Positions 35,490 to 45,967 of a stretch of 57,767 bases of DNA are shown here, in pieces (position 1 is the first letter of the stretch; the number at the start of each line of letters is the position of its first letter). Origin of the DNA: an uncultured Bacteriovoracaceae bacterium. Its GTDB lineage: Bacteria > Bdellovibrionota > Bacteriovoracia > Bacteriovoracales > Bacteriovoracaceae. The DNA lies in the NCBI GenBank assembly GCA_964012805.1, contig CAXGUD010000023.1:1-57767 (forward strand). The letters are read 5' to 3'. The notes beneath the pieces were generated by a model. That model had not been told where the DNA came from and did not search any database. It saw only the letters and a list, made by a program, of their open reading frames with translations. A program made the position numbers and the translations under genes.

Positions 35490-35996
35490 TTAGCAGCAAC
35501 CAGTTCCACTGCAACTCTTACTCTCTTTTTGAGGCTCACCCGCCTCTAACTCCTCTTTTGTTGCTTCTCTAAGAGACATAACTTCAATATCGAAATGTAG
35601 AGTTTGACCTGCAAGAGGGTGGTTTCCGTCTAAAACCACTTCACTTTCTTTGACTTCAATAGCGGTCACTAAAAGCATTTGCCCTTCAGGGCCTTCTAGT
35701 TGGAATTTCATCCCTACTTCTACATTATTGGCTTCAGGACCAAATTGTTCTTTGGAAACGGACTGAATCATGGCCTCATTTCTTTTACCATAACCCTCTT
35801 CAGGGGCCACAGTGACTTTAAAAGTATCTCCAACTTTTTTACCCATCATTTCTTTTTCAAGACCAGGAATAATATTATTCTTGCCTTGAATATAGGCCAA
35901 GGGCGCTTTTCCGTTTGAGGTATCTAACACCTCTCCACTATTATCAGTGAGGGTATAATTCATTTCTACTACATATCCGTTAGCGATTGTTGTCAT
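35490..35996 (-). CDS. slyD: FKBP-type peptidyl-prolyl isomerase SlyD
   Basis: YTLTD..GEVLD, IIPGLEKEM, PEEGYG, LDGNHPLAGQTLHFDIEV; Cys-rich tail. Confidence 0.9.
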   Translation of the reverse strand: MTTIANGYVVEMNYTLTDNSGEVLDTSNGKAPLAYIQGKNNIIPGLEKEMMGKKVGDTFKVTVAPEEGYGKRNEAMIQSVSKEQFGPEANNVEVGMKFQLEGPEGQMLLVTAIEVKESEVVLDGNHPLAGQTLHFDIEVMSLREATKEELEAGEPQKESKSCSGTGCC

Positions 35997-36464
35997 AAAA
36001 TATCCTTAGGTTGATTGAACGTAACTTCTAATAATCAACTTAAAGTGTCAAGGCTCTAAAACGGCTCTAAACAGCTATGGTTGCCCCTTAAATTCATAAT
36101 GTTTTCAGGATATTAGCCCTAAAACTTACTATATAAATCCGCATCGACAACAGGCAATAAAACATTAGATTTAAATCTTTGTGAGTATCATAAATAATTG
36201 CCAAAACACGCTAAACCTAAAATAGAGTTTTTTTTTAAGCATTCTTTAAGTTTTTAAGTATCAACCAAACTTGTTGGCATCAAATAAATCCTATTCTTAA
36301 ATCAAGTTCCCCTCGTAAAAGGAACTTTAGTTTGGCCAGGAATTATCTTCTTTTAAACCACTTTTTTCACAAATGTGAACTCTTAACGACTCGATCCTCT
36401 TCAAAAAAACCCAGAAACCTATATCTTAGGGCAAGTACAAACTTTTTATTGGGAGGGCCTTTTC

Positions 36465-37358
36465 ATGCTTTTTATACCTTACAAACTAGACACTATTTAC
36501 AATAAGTTTCCCTTCATAACTTATTCTTTAATTTTAATTTGCTTTCTTTGCCAGCTTTTAACTCCCATGGAAAATGAGGTTACCACTTGGGCGGAAAAAA
36601 TTGAAAACTATTGTAATGAACCAGATAATATTTATTTAGAAATGAAAAAAGACCAAAGCTTTAAAAGCATCATAAGAGGGGTCGAAAAAAATATTAAAGA
36701 AGAAGAAAGGAGTTGTACAGCAAGCCTTTTCAACTTATTTCTTCAACCCCACTTGGTTTTTAGTGAAAAAATGTATGATCTTTTTGACGATGATAAAAGA
36801 GAAGAGTTGATGTTTATAGTTGAAGAGTTTAATGAAGAAGTGGGATCTTCCTATATTAATAAAAATACATTTAATCCATCAAAATTCAGCTTTTTAAAGT
36901 CGATTAGGTCAGCCTTTTATCATTCAGGTTGGAGCCACCTTCTTGGAAACTTATTTTTCTTATGGTTGTTTGGACGATCCTTAGAAGTTTTTCTAGGTTC
37001 AAAGAACTACCTCTTTGCCATTTTTGTTGCGGCTTTATCTAGCGACACTCTTTATTTTTTATCGCATTCTATGGATTTTGTGGTACCTCACCCAACTTTG
37101 GGTTTTTCAGGTGTTGTTTTTGGCCTATTAGGTCTTTTCACGGCCTGTATGCCAAGGGTAAAAGTTGTGACTTTTGTTTGGAGATTCCCTGATTTCAGAA
37201 TTCCAGGTTTTATTTTCACCCTCTTTTGGTTTTTTGAAGAGGTCTTTAATTTATTTTTCCAAAAAGGATCAAGTGAAGTTAATATTCTTGCTCATGTTGG
37301 AGGATTTATAGGCTGCTATCTTTTAGGCAGGTTATTTTATGAAAGGTATGAATGTTAA
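36465..37358 (+). CDS. Rhomboid intramembrane serine protease
   Basis: HSGWSHLLGNL, GFSGVVFG, AHVGGFIG. Confidence 0.9.
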   Translation: MLFIPYKLDTIYNKFPFITYSLILICFLCQLLTPMENEVTTWAEKIENYCNEPDNIYLEMKKDQSFKSIIRGVEKNIKEEERSCTASLFNLFLQPHLVFSEKMYDLFDDDKREELMFIVEEFNEEVGSSYINKNTFNPSKFSFLKSIRSAFYHSGWSHLLGNLFFLWLFGRSLEVFLGSKNYLFAIFVAALSSDTLYFLSHSMDFVVPHPTLGFSGVVFGLLGLFTACMPRVKVVTFVWRFPDFRIPGFIFTLFWFFEEVFNLFFQKGSSEVNILAHVGGFIGCYLLGRLFYERYEC

Positions 37359-37563
37359 AATTTAATTTAAAGGAAAAATTATGAAAGTACTTTGGCCCTT
37401 CATACTTTTATTTAAAAGTTTCCACGTATATTCTCAAAATATGATGAAGAAGGGTCTTTTACTTAGCAAAGAAATGCAAAAAGACCATAAATTAGGACTT
37501 AATATTGCTAATTTAATAATATAATTGCGGTTAATGTTTTTAAGCTTTTTAATATTTTTTTCA

Positions 37564-38841
37564 TTAATGGTAGTAAGTTTCTATAAAGTGCTTTCTATTT
37601 TTACTTCCCTTTTGGAACCCCATATTGTCCTCGAGAAGATAAGTGCGCATTTTGCCTCTCCCCTTCACTTCTAAAATGCCACGGTCTTCGAATTCAAAGT
37701 CATCAGAAGTAACCTGCACCACCCTTTCAGTCACTTGAATTCGTCCGGGAATACCCATGGACTCCATACGTGAAGCCACATTCACAGTATCACCCCAGAT
37801 ATCGTATGAAAGCTTTTGGCTACCAATCACCCCTGCAATAAGTGGTCCTCGGGAAACACCGATACGAAGATTAAGTTCGTGCCCATATTCCTCATTATGC
37901 TTGCGCAAAATCTCTAACATATCAACGGCCAGACCCAAAACTTGTGCCGTGTGATCAGGACTAGGATCTGGTAAACCTCCCGCCACCATATAGGCATCAC
38001 CAATAGTTTTAATTTTTTCTAGGCCCCTCTTGGCAACTTCCTGATCAAAAGCCGAAAAAATGTTATTAAGCATGGAGACTGTCTCACTGGCAGGACGGCT
38101 TGCCGCGAGTGCCGTAAACCCAACAAGGTCGGCAAAAAGCACTGATGCATCTTCGAAAGAATCGGCGATAGTGTACTGCTTTTTCTTCAGTCTCCTAGCA
38201 ATAGAGGCAGGAAGCATATTTCGTAAAAGGGATTCCGACCGCTCATAGGCATTATACAATTCTTTTCTAGCAAGGTTTAAATCTCGGTGAAAAACCCAAA
38301 AAACAGAAAAAGAAAGGGTCACAGTGAAAATTGCCGATAGACCGCGGTAGACACTAAGATCAGCATCCAGTAGGTGACTGCCATAAACAGGGCCCCAAAG
38401 ATCACGTTTCCACTCAAACCAACCTATAAAAACCAAAACAACGATGGTAAAAAATATCCACCAGAAGCGATCTCTTGGGTGTATGACAATCAGAGAAAAT
38501 ATAGGGATAACCATCAAGTAGAAATGCGTTCCCATTGAAGGAGGAAGAAACAAAAGACCTGTCCCTACTAATTGCAGGACCCCCAAAAACATGAGAAGGA
38601 CTCCCAATGATCGCATAAGGGAGTTTTTATTGATAATTGCAACCATTCCATACAAGCATGCAAAAGCCCCATTAAAAAGGGCAAGAACTTGGAGACCCAG
38701 ATTTAAGTAAAACGCAACATAGAGAAACGAAATGGCCGAGGCAAAAATGGCTATCAGTCTGATAGCATTTTGGCGTTGGGATTGATCCTCAGTAGAGTCA
38801 TTAAACAAGGTATCGTCTCTGGTCTCTTCTTTAATTTTCAT
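37564..38841 (-). CDS. Membrane-bound class III adenylate/guanylate cyclase
   Basis: About six TM segments; SVLFADLVGFT, EKIKTIGDAYM, YDIWGDTVNVASRMES. Confidence 0.95.
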   Translation of the reverse strand: MKIKEETRDDTLFNDSTEDQSQRQNAIRLIAIFASAISFLYVAFYLNLGLQVLALFNGAFACLYGMVAIINKNSLMRSLGVLLMFLGVLQLVGTGLLFLPPSMGTHFYLMVIPIFSLIVIHPRDRFWWIFFTIVVLVFIGWFEWKRDLWGPVYGSHLLDADLSVYRGLSAIFTVTLSFSVFWVFHRDLNLARKELYNAYERSESLLRNMLPASIARRLKKKQYTIADSFEDASVLFADLVGFTALAASRPASETVSMLNNIFSAFDQEVAKRGLEKIKTIGDAYMVAGGLPDPSPDHTAQVLGLAVDMLEILRKHNEEYGHELNLRIGVSRGPLIAGVIGSQKLSYDIWGDTVNVASRMESMGIPGRIQVTERVVQVTSDDFEFEDRGILEVKGRGKMRTYLLEDNMGFQKGSKNRKHFIETYYH

Positions 38842-39198
38842 GTTAAAAACTCATAGTTCTGGATTTGTTTTATCGACAAGTAAAAGGTGCTTCAGAGTAA
38901 GCTTCTGCCACTTTGTTCAAAAAAATTAAAAATTGTTCGAATAACCCATACATCAGAGAACACTTAGCGTCAAAGAAGAAAAAAGAAAGCTAAATAATTC
39001 TTGTTGTTTTAAGAGGACAGTAGAAAAAGCAGTATTTCATTTAGAATTAAAAAAACATTTGAAATTAATATTGAAAAACAATCAGAAACAAAAAAAGAAA
39101 TAAACGTTAAAGGTTATCGCGGTATGGGCCTTTTTTATCTGAAGACTTCCCTATTTATAAAAAAGACCCAAAAGTGTCCATTTGCTATTTTTTTTATT

Positions 39199-39399
39199 TC
39201 AATTTTTCCCGAACCAGCAAAATCCAGAAAAACAATACATACCATTTTGTCTTTGGCACGGAATATCGTCAATATCACAGTCAGTGAGTTTCTTGGGAGA
39301 GGTGCTACATCCGATTAAAAAAAAGCTTAAAATGGCCAATATTGTATTCGTTAAAAAACGTGACCTCGCTTTATATTTTAGTTTCATTTTAAGGTCCAA
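39199..39399 (-). CDS. Small Cys-rich lipoprotein or gene remnant
   Basis: Lipobox LIGC after a hydrophobic stretch; short. Confidence 0.35.
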   Translation of the reverse strand: MDLKMKLKYKARSRFLTNTILAILSFFLIGCSTSPKKLTDCDIDDIPCQRQNGMYCFSGFCWFGKN

Positions 39400-39625
39400 T
39401 AAATGGGAGTAAAAAAGGGTCGGAATAATAAGACGCTATGGAGAGAGCATTATTAGCTTATGTTTTACCCTTAGATAAATAGTGTTTTTAAAGATGCCCC
39501 ACAATCCAATTATACAAGAAAAGACCTTCTCAAATCGCTAATAGACGTAATTTCAGTTTTATAAGGCCAATAATAAATTAGACAGCAACAAAATTTATTG
39601 ATTAAATGCATGAGTTTGAAAAAAA

Positions 39626-40210
39626 CTACAAAATACGGCCTATTCTTGATTTTTTCCTAAGTTTCTCAGACTTAATAATTTCAGATTGAAAATTTCTAAG
39701 ATCGACGTAAAAAGAATTGAATTTTTCATCTAATTTCTTATCAGAACTCAAATGGTCTCTTAGCTTTTCTAAGTTGATTGGGTGCTTAGAAATTAGCTTT
39801 TTCAAGTTATCTATTAAATCCTTTCCAATTTGAGCTTGTATTAAATAACCAGCTACTTGCGTTGGGGTCAAAACAAAGTAATCCTCTGAACCTCTTTTCT
39901 CATACCTAGTAATATCAAAAGGAGAAGCTCCCAAAATTCCATTTCTAGGAAAAATAAACTTTGTGCTAAAGATTCGTGACCCTAAGACATTTCCTGATAA
40001 CCAATCATACTTTAATTTTTTTAAACGATCTTTGAAGTAGTTTCGCATAGATGGGTTCATGAAATCTGCGTCACTACGATCATATAATCTGTCATCATAA
40101 ATTGAGACCAAATTGAAAGGTCTTCCAAAGGCCAAAATATTTTCATTTTCAATTTTTTCAAACTCAATGTTGTCAATTTTCTTTTTTTCCATTTGAACAA
40201 CTCTTTTCAA
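39626..40210 (-). CDS. Hypothetical protein
   Basis: 194-aa ORF; no recognised motif. Confidence 0.6.
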   Translation of the reverse strand: MKRVVQMEKKKIDNIEFEKIENENILAFGRPFNLVSIYDDRLYDRSDADFMNPSMRNYFKDRLKKLKYDWLSGNVLGSRIFSTKFIFPRNGILGASPFDITRYEKRGSEDYFVLTPTQVAGYLIQAQIGKDLIDNLKKLISKHPINLEKLRDHLSSDKKLDEKFNSFYVDLRNFQSEIIKSEKLRKKSRIGRIL

Positions 40211-40272
40211 AATTTTGAAGTTAACAGTAATTCTAACATCTAGTTTTGTTTTTAAGAATAAATAGGTATTCC

Positions 40273-40626
40273 CTAATCACTTTTTTTATAAATCTCAAAG
40301 GATACGTCCTGTTTTAGCCTTTTTTTGTAAGGATGAATCATCAAAATATTTCTATGAGAAAGCCTTCTAATTGCTGCTAAAACTCTTTGGTGGAATTCTT
40401 TCCAGTGAACACCAAAATAGGTTCTTGAAATAGTTCGTGCATGGATAACCTTAGGAGGATTAGGCCCTATTGCAAATTCAACAATAAATTTTTCGAGCAC
40501 CTCATCGGATTTTTGTAACTTATTTTTTCTACATTTTTTGCTGCAATATTGGATTTCATCCCAGTTTTTTTCAAATTTTTTTCTATTGGAGAACCCTATC
40601 CCGCAGCTGACACAAATCTTTTCCAT
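40273..40626 (-). CDS. DUF2256 zinc-finger-like protein with DUF3253-like C-terminus
   Basis: KICVSCG..F..RKK...NWDEIQYCSKKCR. Confidence 0.75.
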   Translation of the reverse strand: MEKICVSCGIGFSNRKKFEKNWDEIQYCSKKCRKNKLQKSDEVLEKFIVEFAIGPNPPKVIHARTISRTYFGVHWKEFHQRVLAAIRRLSHRNILMIHPYKKRLKQDVSFEIYKKSD

Positions 40627-40839
40627 TACATTGACTCTTAGACTTTCAAAAGGTTTACTCCTTATATTTGACTATTTAGTCAGCTTTGTCTCCTCCATGA
40701 ATTAAGACATTTCTTTGATAGATAAGTAAGATGGAGATGAAAATCTTGTCAATCATTCGTCAAGGTTTTTTATTCCCATTTTATTTTGAAAAGAAATAAA
40801 ATTGGGAATAATAAGTTTAGAGAAATTTTAAAAAAGGTT

Positions 40840-41527
40840 TTGCGCTATCAAAAAAAATTCATGGATCATATCTCAAACTTGGTCCAACGTTCTTTTTCTT
40901 CATTTTAGCTGTAAGAAGGCAAAGATTCAACATCTTCTACCAAAAGGCCTTGAGGCAGATACCTATAATGGCGATGCCTATCTAAGTATTGTTCCATTCA
41001 CTATGAAAAATGTAAGATTTCCTTTTTGTCCACCCCTACCATTTACGTCATTGTGGGAGCTAAACCTCAGGACATATGTAACTTATAAGGGTCAAAAAGG
41101 GGTGTATTTCTTTACTTTAGATACAGATCACCCATTGGCCCAGTGGATAGCAACAAATTTTTTCCACCTACCATATAGATTAAGAAGAATGGATGGTGAG
41201 GTTTTAGGAATTGATAATTCCACGAAAAAGTTCTCTTTCAGAAGCCCTAACTCATTTTCTGTTGATGCTTTCATAGGTGAAGAAAATGATTATAACGAAC
41301 AAGATGCTTGGCTCACGGAGAGGTATTCTCTTTTTACACTTGGTCCTAAAGGCTTGTATCGAGGTGACGTTTTCCATGGGCCATGGAAATTAAAGGAAGT
41401 TTCAAAACAAAAATTTAGCGACGAGTTTAGCAAACAGTTTGTTTTTGATAATTCTCAAAGATTTGTTAACGCCACTTATTCAGAAGGACTTGACGTTTTT
41501 TTTAAGCCGTTTTTACTAATGAAGTAA
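40840..41527 (+). CDS. DUF2071/YqjF family protein; 5' end apparently frameshifted at an A8 tract
   Basis: In-frame N-terminus WIISQTWSNVLFLHF..LPKGLEADTY..IVPFTM upstream of 41003; ELNLRTYV, WLTERY, HGPW. Confidence 0.75.
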
Positions 41528-41543
41528 ACTTAGTCAAACCTTC

Positions 41544-41768
41544 TCACACGTCATTATCTAAAGTGAATAATTCCTTTTCTTTATCATAGCGAAGACCTAT
41601 TAAGGAAGGGTCAAAATTGGCTTTTAGGGTTATCAACAAAGGTTTATTTGAATTCACCTTAAGAATAAAAGTTTCTAGGTCCTCCTTATTTAATTTTTTT
41701 GGGACCAAGAAATCTGATGTAAATTGATTAAGATTTTCGATTGTTAAATCTATTATTTTTGCGATCAT
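41544..41768 (-). CDS. Small hypothetical protein
   Basis: 74-aa ORF with AGGA upstream. Confidence 0.45.
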   Translation of the reverse strand: MIAKIIDLTIENLNQFTSDFLVPKKLNKEDLETFILKVNSNKPLLITLKANFDPSLIGLRYDKEKELFTLDNDV

Positions 41769-42237
41769 TATATTTTCCTGAATGTTTTGATTAATAAATG
41801 TTCTGATTATCCTGTCAGTAGCCCTATTATAACTTGTTTCGAGGTTTTTAAAATCTATTGAATTCGGTGCCTAATTAAAAACTAGCTTTTCTCTTCAAAC
41901 AACGGCAAAAGAATTTGGTCTCTTGGTAAGGAGGCAAGTTAACTTAACCCAACTATTATTCAACTAAAAAGACCTTGCCTTTGACTACCAAATTTTCTAA
42001 CCATGTACTTAATTCACTCTAAAAACATTAATTAAAGTTAGTAAAACCAGGGGTAGACAAAGTATTGACAATATTTTCTTTTCACAAATTTATTGTTAGC
42101 TTCTAATACGTTAATTGGTAACCCTGAAAGATTTACTGAATTAGAAGGGTATCACCTCATGATTTAATCTCTCCAGGAGAGGTAGACAATATTTATACAA
42201 ATTTAGATAAATACTAATAGGTCAGAGGACAAACATT

Positions 42238-42453
42238 ATGAAAAAAAAAGACTTAGTTAGAAGCTTAATTTTAAAAATCGAAGAGCTATTAATAGAAGCT
42301 GAAAACAACAACATCAGATGTGATGTCGAAGAAAAAATTTTTTTTAAAATTAATCCATATGTAAAAAAAAATAAATTAAAAAAGAAAAACGAGTCTAAAC
42401 TTATGAGACCACCTGTTCAGGAAAAGCTTCTTGGAAAGGGTCTATTGGTATAA
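42238..42453 (+). CDS. Small hypothetical protein
   Basis: 71-aa ORF with GAGGA RBS. Confidence 0.45.
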   Translation: MKKKDLVRSLILKIEELLIEAENNNIRCDVEEKIFFKINPYVKKNKLKKKNESKLMRPPVQEKLLGKGLLV

Positions 42454-42494
42454 ATTCTAAAGCAAGCTTAAGGTGAAGGTACCTTTAAGTGTCC

Positions 42495-43154
42495 TTAAAT
42501 ATTTTTAGAGTATAAATTAATGTTTTTTTCCAGCCTCGAGGAGTTTAGTTTCTGCATCCGATATGTACCTTTGTGGCATCTGGGTATGTGAAAATCTAAG
42601 TCTAGCTTAGAAAGGCTTTTAAAGATTTTTTCAGGTTGCCCACCTTCATTATCCAGGCATTCAAAATCAGGGTTCGGAACCCATCCTTCATCGGTAAATA
42701 TTATGCTTTCATCGGTGATTAAGAATTTTTTTCCATGGTGAAAGAGGGTAAACCAATCTTGATTTATTTCGGACTTTAAATCGATAATAATGTCTTTATC
42801 GTAAAACTCATCACCCCAATTTTCTATTCTAAAGTTTAGGTTTTCATGAAACAATTCCTCTCTATTTTCAGGGTATTTTTGGGACTCTAAAACAACGGCG
42901 CTAGAGCCAAACAAGTTAAAGAAAGACTCCGTACTTTTATTGAATTGTTTTGTTGATGTGTGAAGTTGTTTTCCTAAGCCTCCCTTCATAAAAATAAAGT
43001 CTTTAAGGTGCTCAAATTCGAAGGGAGAAAAAATTGTGTAATTGAGGTAAGTTCTTTTAATGAAAAATGAATTAAAAAAATATTTTGTCCTACCCAAAAA
43101 GCCTTTTTTTGGAAAACTTTCCATTTTATGAATACCAAAATTGTCTAAAACCAT
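42495..43154 (-). CDS. Hypothetical protein
   Basis: 219-aa ORF. Confidence 0.55.
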   Translation of the reverse strand: MVLDNFGIHKMESFPKKGFLGRTKYFFNSFFIKRTYLNYTIFSPFEFEHLKDFIFMKGGLGKQLHTSTKQFNKSTESFFNLFGSSAVVLESQKYPENREELFHENLNFRIENWGDEFYDKDIIIDLKSEINQDWFTLFHHGKKFLITDESIIFTDEGWVPNPDFECLDNEGGQPEKIFKSLSKLDLDFHIPRCHKGTYRMQKLNSSRLEKNINLYSKNI

Positions 43155-43557
43155 ATTTTTTTCTTTTAAAATTTAGATAAAAAGAAGTTATCTACATTAG
43201 CGATTACTTTTCAATATAAACCCAAAAAATTTATCAGTCCTAAATTTCGGCCCAAAAAATCCTTTGTGTACTTATTTTCTAACCTTTCCTTTAAAAAGGT
43301 GGTTTTTAAACGGTTTTTAAAATCAAAGATTAGGAGGCCTAATCCACCATTTAATAGAGTAGGTTTGGTATCAAATTTAATACTCTCTATGCTTCATAAG
43401 CCTTTAATTAATTTAACACCAATTAAGAAAGAAAAGAGAAGGCATTAAAGATGTAATTTATCCTTCAATTATGGCCCCAAATAAGGCCTCAATCGGTGCA
43501 ATTTGGCCCTAAAAAAGAAACCATGGATCTAAGTATCCAAAATTTAATGTTTACCAA

Positions 43558-43573
43558 TGGTACAAAATTTGCT
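43558..43573 (+). promoter_or_regulatory. Putative sigma-54 (-24/-12) promoter
   Basis: TGGTAC-AAAAT-TTGCT matches TGGCAC-N5-TTGCW with GG-N10-GC spacing, about 50 nt upstream of ATG 43625. Confidence 0.6.
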
Positions 43574-43624
43574 CTAAAAGCCTAAAAAATTGTTTCTTAA
43601 CCTGGACTAATTTAAGGAGTAAAT

Positions 43625-44428
43625 ATGAAGAAGTTTATGATCACAATGGTCTTAGGGATCCTTTCATTTGGAGTGCAAGCGGCCAATAAATCTTATGTTA
43701 AAAATGTCATGGCCTTGGAGCAAAGAATTCTTACCAACCCCCATCCATCCGGTAATGGGAAACGCTTTGAAGGGTGCGGTCCTATCGCAGCAGCTTCAAT
43801 TTTGGGTTATTTTCAAACAGAAAAAGGTTATAAAACAATGTCAGGTGGAGATAACTTTACAGGTTACTCTCATCCTTCAAAAACGATTAAGAAGTTCTAT
43901 AAAGAAGCCCCTTCAAGAAAAGCTCCTGCCAAAGGAACTTATGAACCTGATGGGAAAAGATACAATCAGTCTTATACCGTACCTGATAACATGGTTAAGG
44001 GCCTTAAGCATTTTGTAAATAAGGCCAACAAAAAAAGAGGAAGCAAGGCCAAGCTAAGAGTTGAAAGGGCCAAAGCAGCTCCTTTCAGGACTTGGGAGAA
44101 GAGAATTAAGACCCTTGAGTCTCAACTGAAGAAAAATAGGCCCGTTATAATGCTAATCCACAATATTCCTGGTTGTTTAACCCAAGAGGACAGTAAAAGT
44201 GGCGGATGGCATTATATTGTTGCTGTTGGGCACAATAGGACCAATAATAATCTAAAAAGTACCCAAAACAAGTTATACATCCTTTCAGGTTGGCACGAAT
44301 ATGATAAGAATCAAACCTACGGACCTGCTGCCCATATAAGAGGAAGTGCTGGCTCAAACGGAGCTCATATAGAGTGTAACTACCAAGAAATTAAAAAAAC
44401 AAATCCAGCTCTTTTCTGGGTACAATAG
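43625..44428 (+). CDS. Secreted papain-fold cysteine peptidase-like protein (C39/C10-like)
   Basis: Signal peptide; GCGPIAAASIL, RPVIMLI, WHYIVAVG, SGW. Confidence 0.65.
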   Translation: MKKFMITMVLGILSFGVQAANKSYVKNVMALEQRILTNPHPSGNGKRFEGCGPIAAASILGYFQTEKGYKTMSGGDNFTGYSHPSKTIKKFYKEAPSRKAPAKGTYEPDGKRYNQSYTVPDNMVKGLKHFVNKANKKRGSKAKLRVERAKAAPFRTWEKRIKTLESQLKKNRPVIMLIHNIPGCLTQEDSKSGGWHYIVAVGHNRTNNNLKSTQNKLYILSGWHEYDKNQTYGPAAHIRGSAGSNGAHIECNYQEIKKTNPALFWVQ

Positions 44429-44440
44429 GTTCTCATCCAT

Positions 44441-44467
44441 CATGGGCGGAATATTTTTTCGCCCATG
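44441..44467 (+). terminator. Probable intrinsic terminator
   Basis: CATGGGCG...CGCCCATG inverted repeat. Confidence 0.6.
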
Positions 44468-44506
44468 AGTTTTCCAACCTAGAGCTCCTTAAGGAAATAA
44501 AAAAGT

Positions 44507-45745
44507 ATGTTTAAAGAAGGATTAAAAACACTTAAATTGGCAAAAGGAATAAAGGATTTTAAAACTGCAACGGATTTGGAATCTAAAAAAGCTGCTGCTC
44601 AGTTTATTAATGATATTTTAGACAGTGAGAAAGGCCTCTTTCTCAAAGTCGGCCAGTATATGGGTTCTAAGGCAAATGCTCTAGAAGATTTTAAAACCCT
44701 CACTAAATCCCGAAAAAAGGCCATTCCTCTAGAAGAACTCATCCCTCATATCAATAGCAACTTAGGAAGAAATTATAAAGAGGTGTTTAGCAAAATTGAA
44801 GAGAGTGAGTTTCCCGCTTCTATAGGCCAAGTCCATCGATGCCTTTTAAAAAATGGGGATCAAGTGGCCTTAAAAGTGCAATATCCCAATATGCGAGAGA
44901 AGATAAAATCACAACTAAAGCTTCTCAACCTCCTACCGGTAAAAGGCGTCCTTAACCCCATGAAGAAATGGGATATAGACCTTACTTCTTACTTAGACAT
45001 GATTCAGAAAAAGTTAGATGAGGAGCTCTCGTATAAAAATGAAATGAATAATCAGGAGAAATTTGGACAAATGGTAAGTGGGATGGATGGTGTTTCCGTT
45101 TCCACCATTTACCGAGACCTCTCAAGCGATGCCCTCGTAGTCCAAAGTTTTGAGCAAGGCTCCTTTGTGGATGAGGTTGCCAAAGTTTGGAATAAAAATC
45201 AAAAAAATGAGGCAGGGCTAACTCTACTCAATGTTTTTTTCAATAACCTTTTTAGGGACGGATTCCTCCAGGGTGATTGCAATATTGGAAATTACCTTTT
45301 TCGTTCTTCCCAGAAGGGAAAAACGGAAGTCGTTTTTATCGACTTTGGGAATTGCGTAGAAATTAAGCCAGAGGTCTCTCGGGCCTTGTGGAAAATCATT
45401 CAGTCAGTAAAAAGAAAAGAAAGTGTAGATATTAGTTTAGACCTTTTGGTTCAGATCGGATTTGATCGTGAAAAGCTCAAGCCCATTAAAGACCAGCTTT
45501 CAGAACTTCTTAAAATTATTTTTGAACCCTTTTTGGAAAACGGGCCATATGACCTTTCCCAATGGAAAATTAAAGAAAGAGTTGACCATGTCCTAGGGGA
45601 GAAGAAATGGTGGTTTCGATCTGCAGGAAACACTGATTTCTTTGAAATCATGAAGTCTTTTTTTGGAGTGGTCAATTTACTTGAAATTCTTGAGGCAAAA
45701 ATCTGTTGGCATGAGGTTATGAAATCCATAGATTTCGAGGGTTAA
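44507..45745 (+). CDS. ABC1/AarF/UbiB family atypical kinase
   Basis: KGLFLKVGQ, ASIGQVH, VALKVQYP, EELSY..E, GDCNIGNY, IDFG. Confidence 0.9.
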   Translation: MFKEGLKTLKLAKGIKDFKTATDLESKKAAAQFINDILDSEKGLFLKVGQYMGSKANALEDFKTLTKSRKKAIPLEELIPHINSNLGRNYKEVFSKIEESEFPASIGQVHRCLLKNGDQVALKVQYPNMREKIKSQLKLLNLLPVKGVLNPMKKWDIDLTSYLDMIQKKLDEELSYKNEMNNQEKFGQMVSGMDGVSVSTIYRDLSSDALVVQSFEQGSFVDEVAKVWNKNQKNEAGLTLLNVFFNNLFRDGFLQGDCNIGNYLFRSSQKGKTEVVFIDFGNCVEIKPEVSRALWKIIQSVKRKESVDISLDLLVQIGFDREKLKPIKDQLSELLKIIFEPFLENGPYDLSQWKIKERVDHVLGEKKWWFRSAGNTDFFEIMKSFFGVVNLLEILEAKICWHEVMKSIDFEG

Positions 45746-45967
45746 ATCATCCACGAAAAGGCTTTTATAGAACAAGATCTTCTAAATAAAATTGGTTTAA
45801 AGTTGATATTTTAGCGCCATGAAGAAACTCACTTAGGACAAGTTAACTTAATATGGCTTTCTCATTATCTTTTTTTCACCTTTTCTATTAAAGAGTATAA
45901 ACGTGTGTTAAAAAATACGTGTAAAGATCATCGTGAAAAGTTGGTCGTTTTTTGGTAAGAAAGAAAA

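Noticed and set aside
37381..37524. 47-codon ORF with RBS after the rhomboid gene
   Set aside because: No recognisable motif; may be a gene remnant; cannot be supported.
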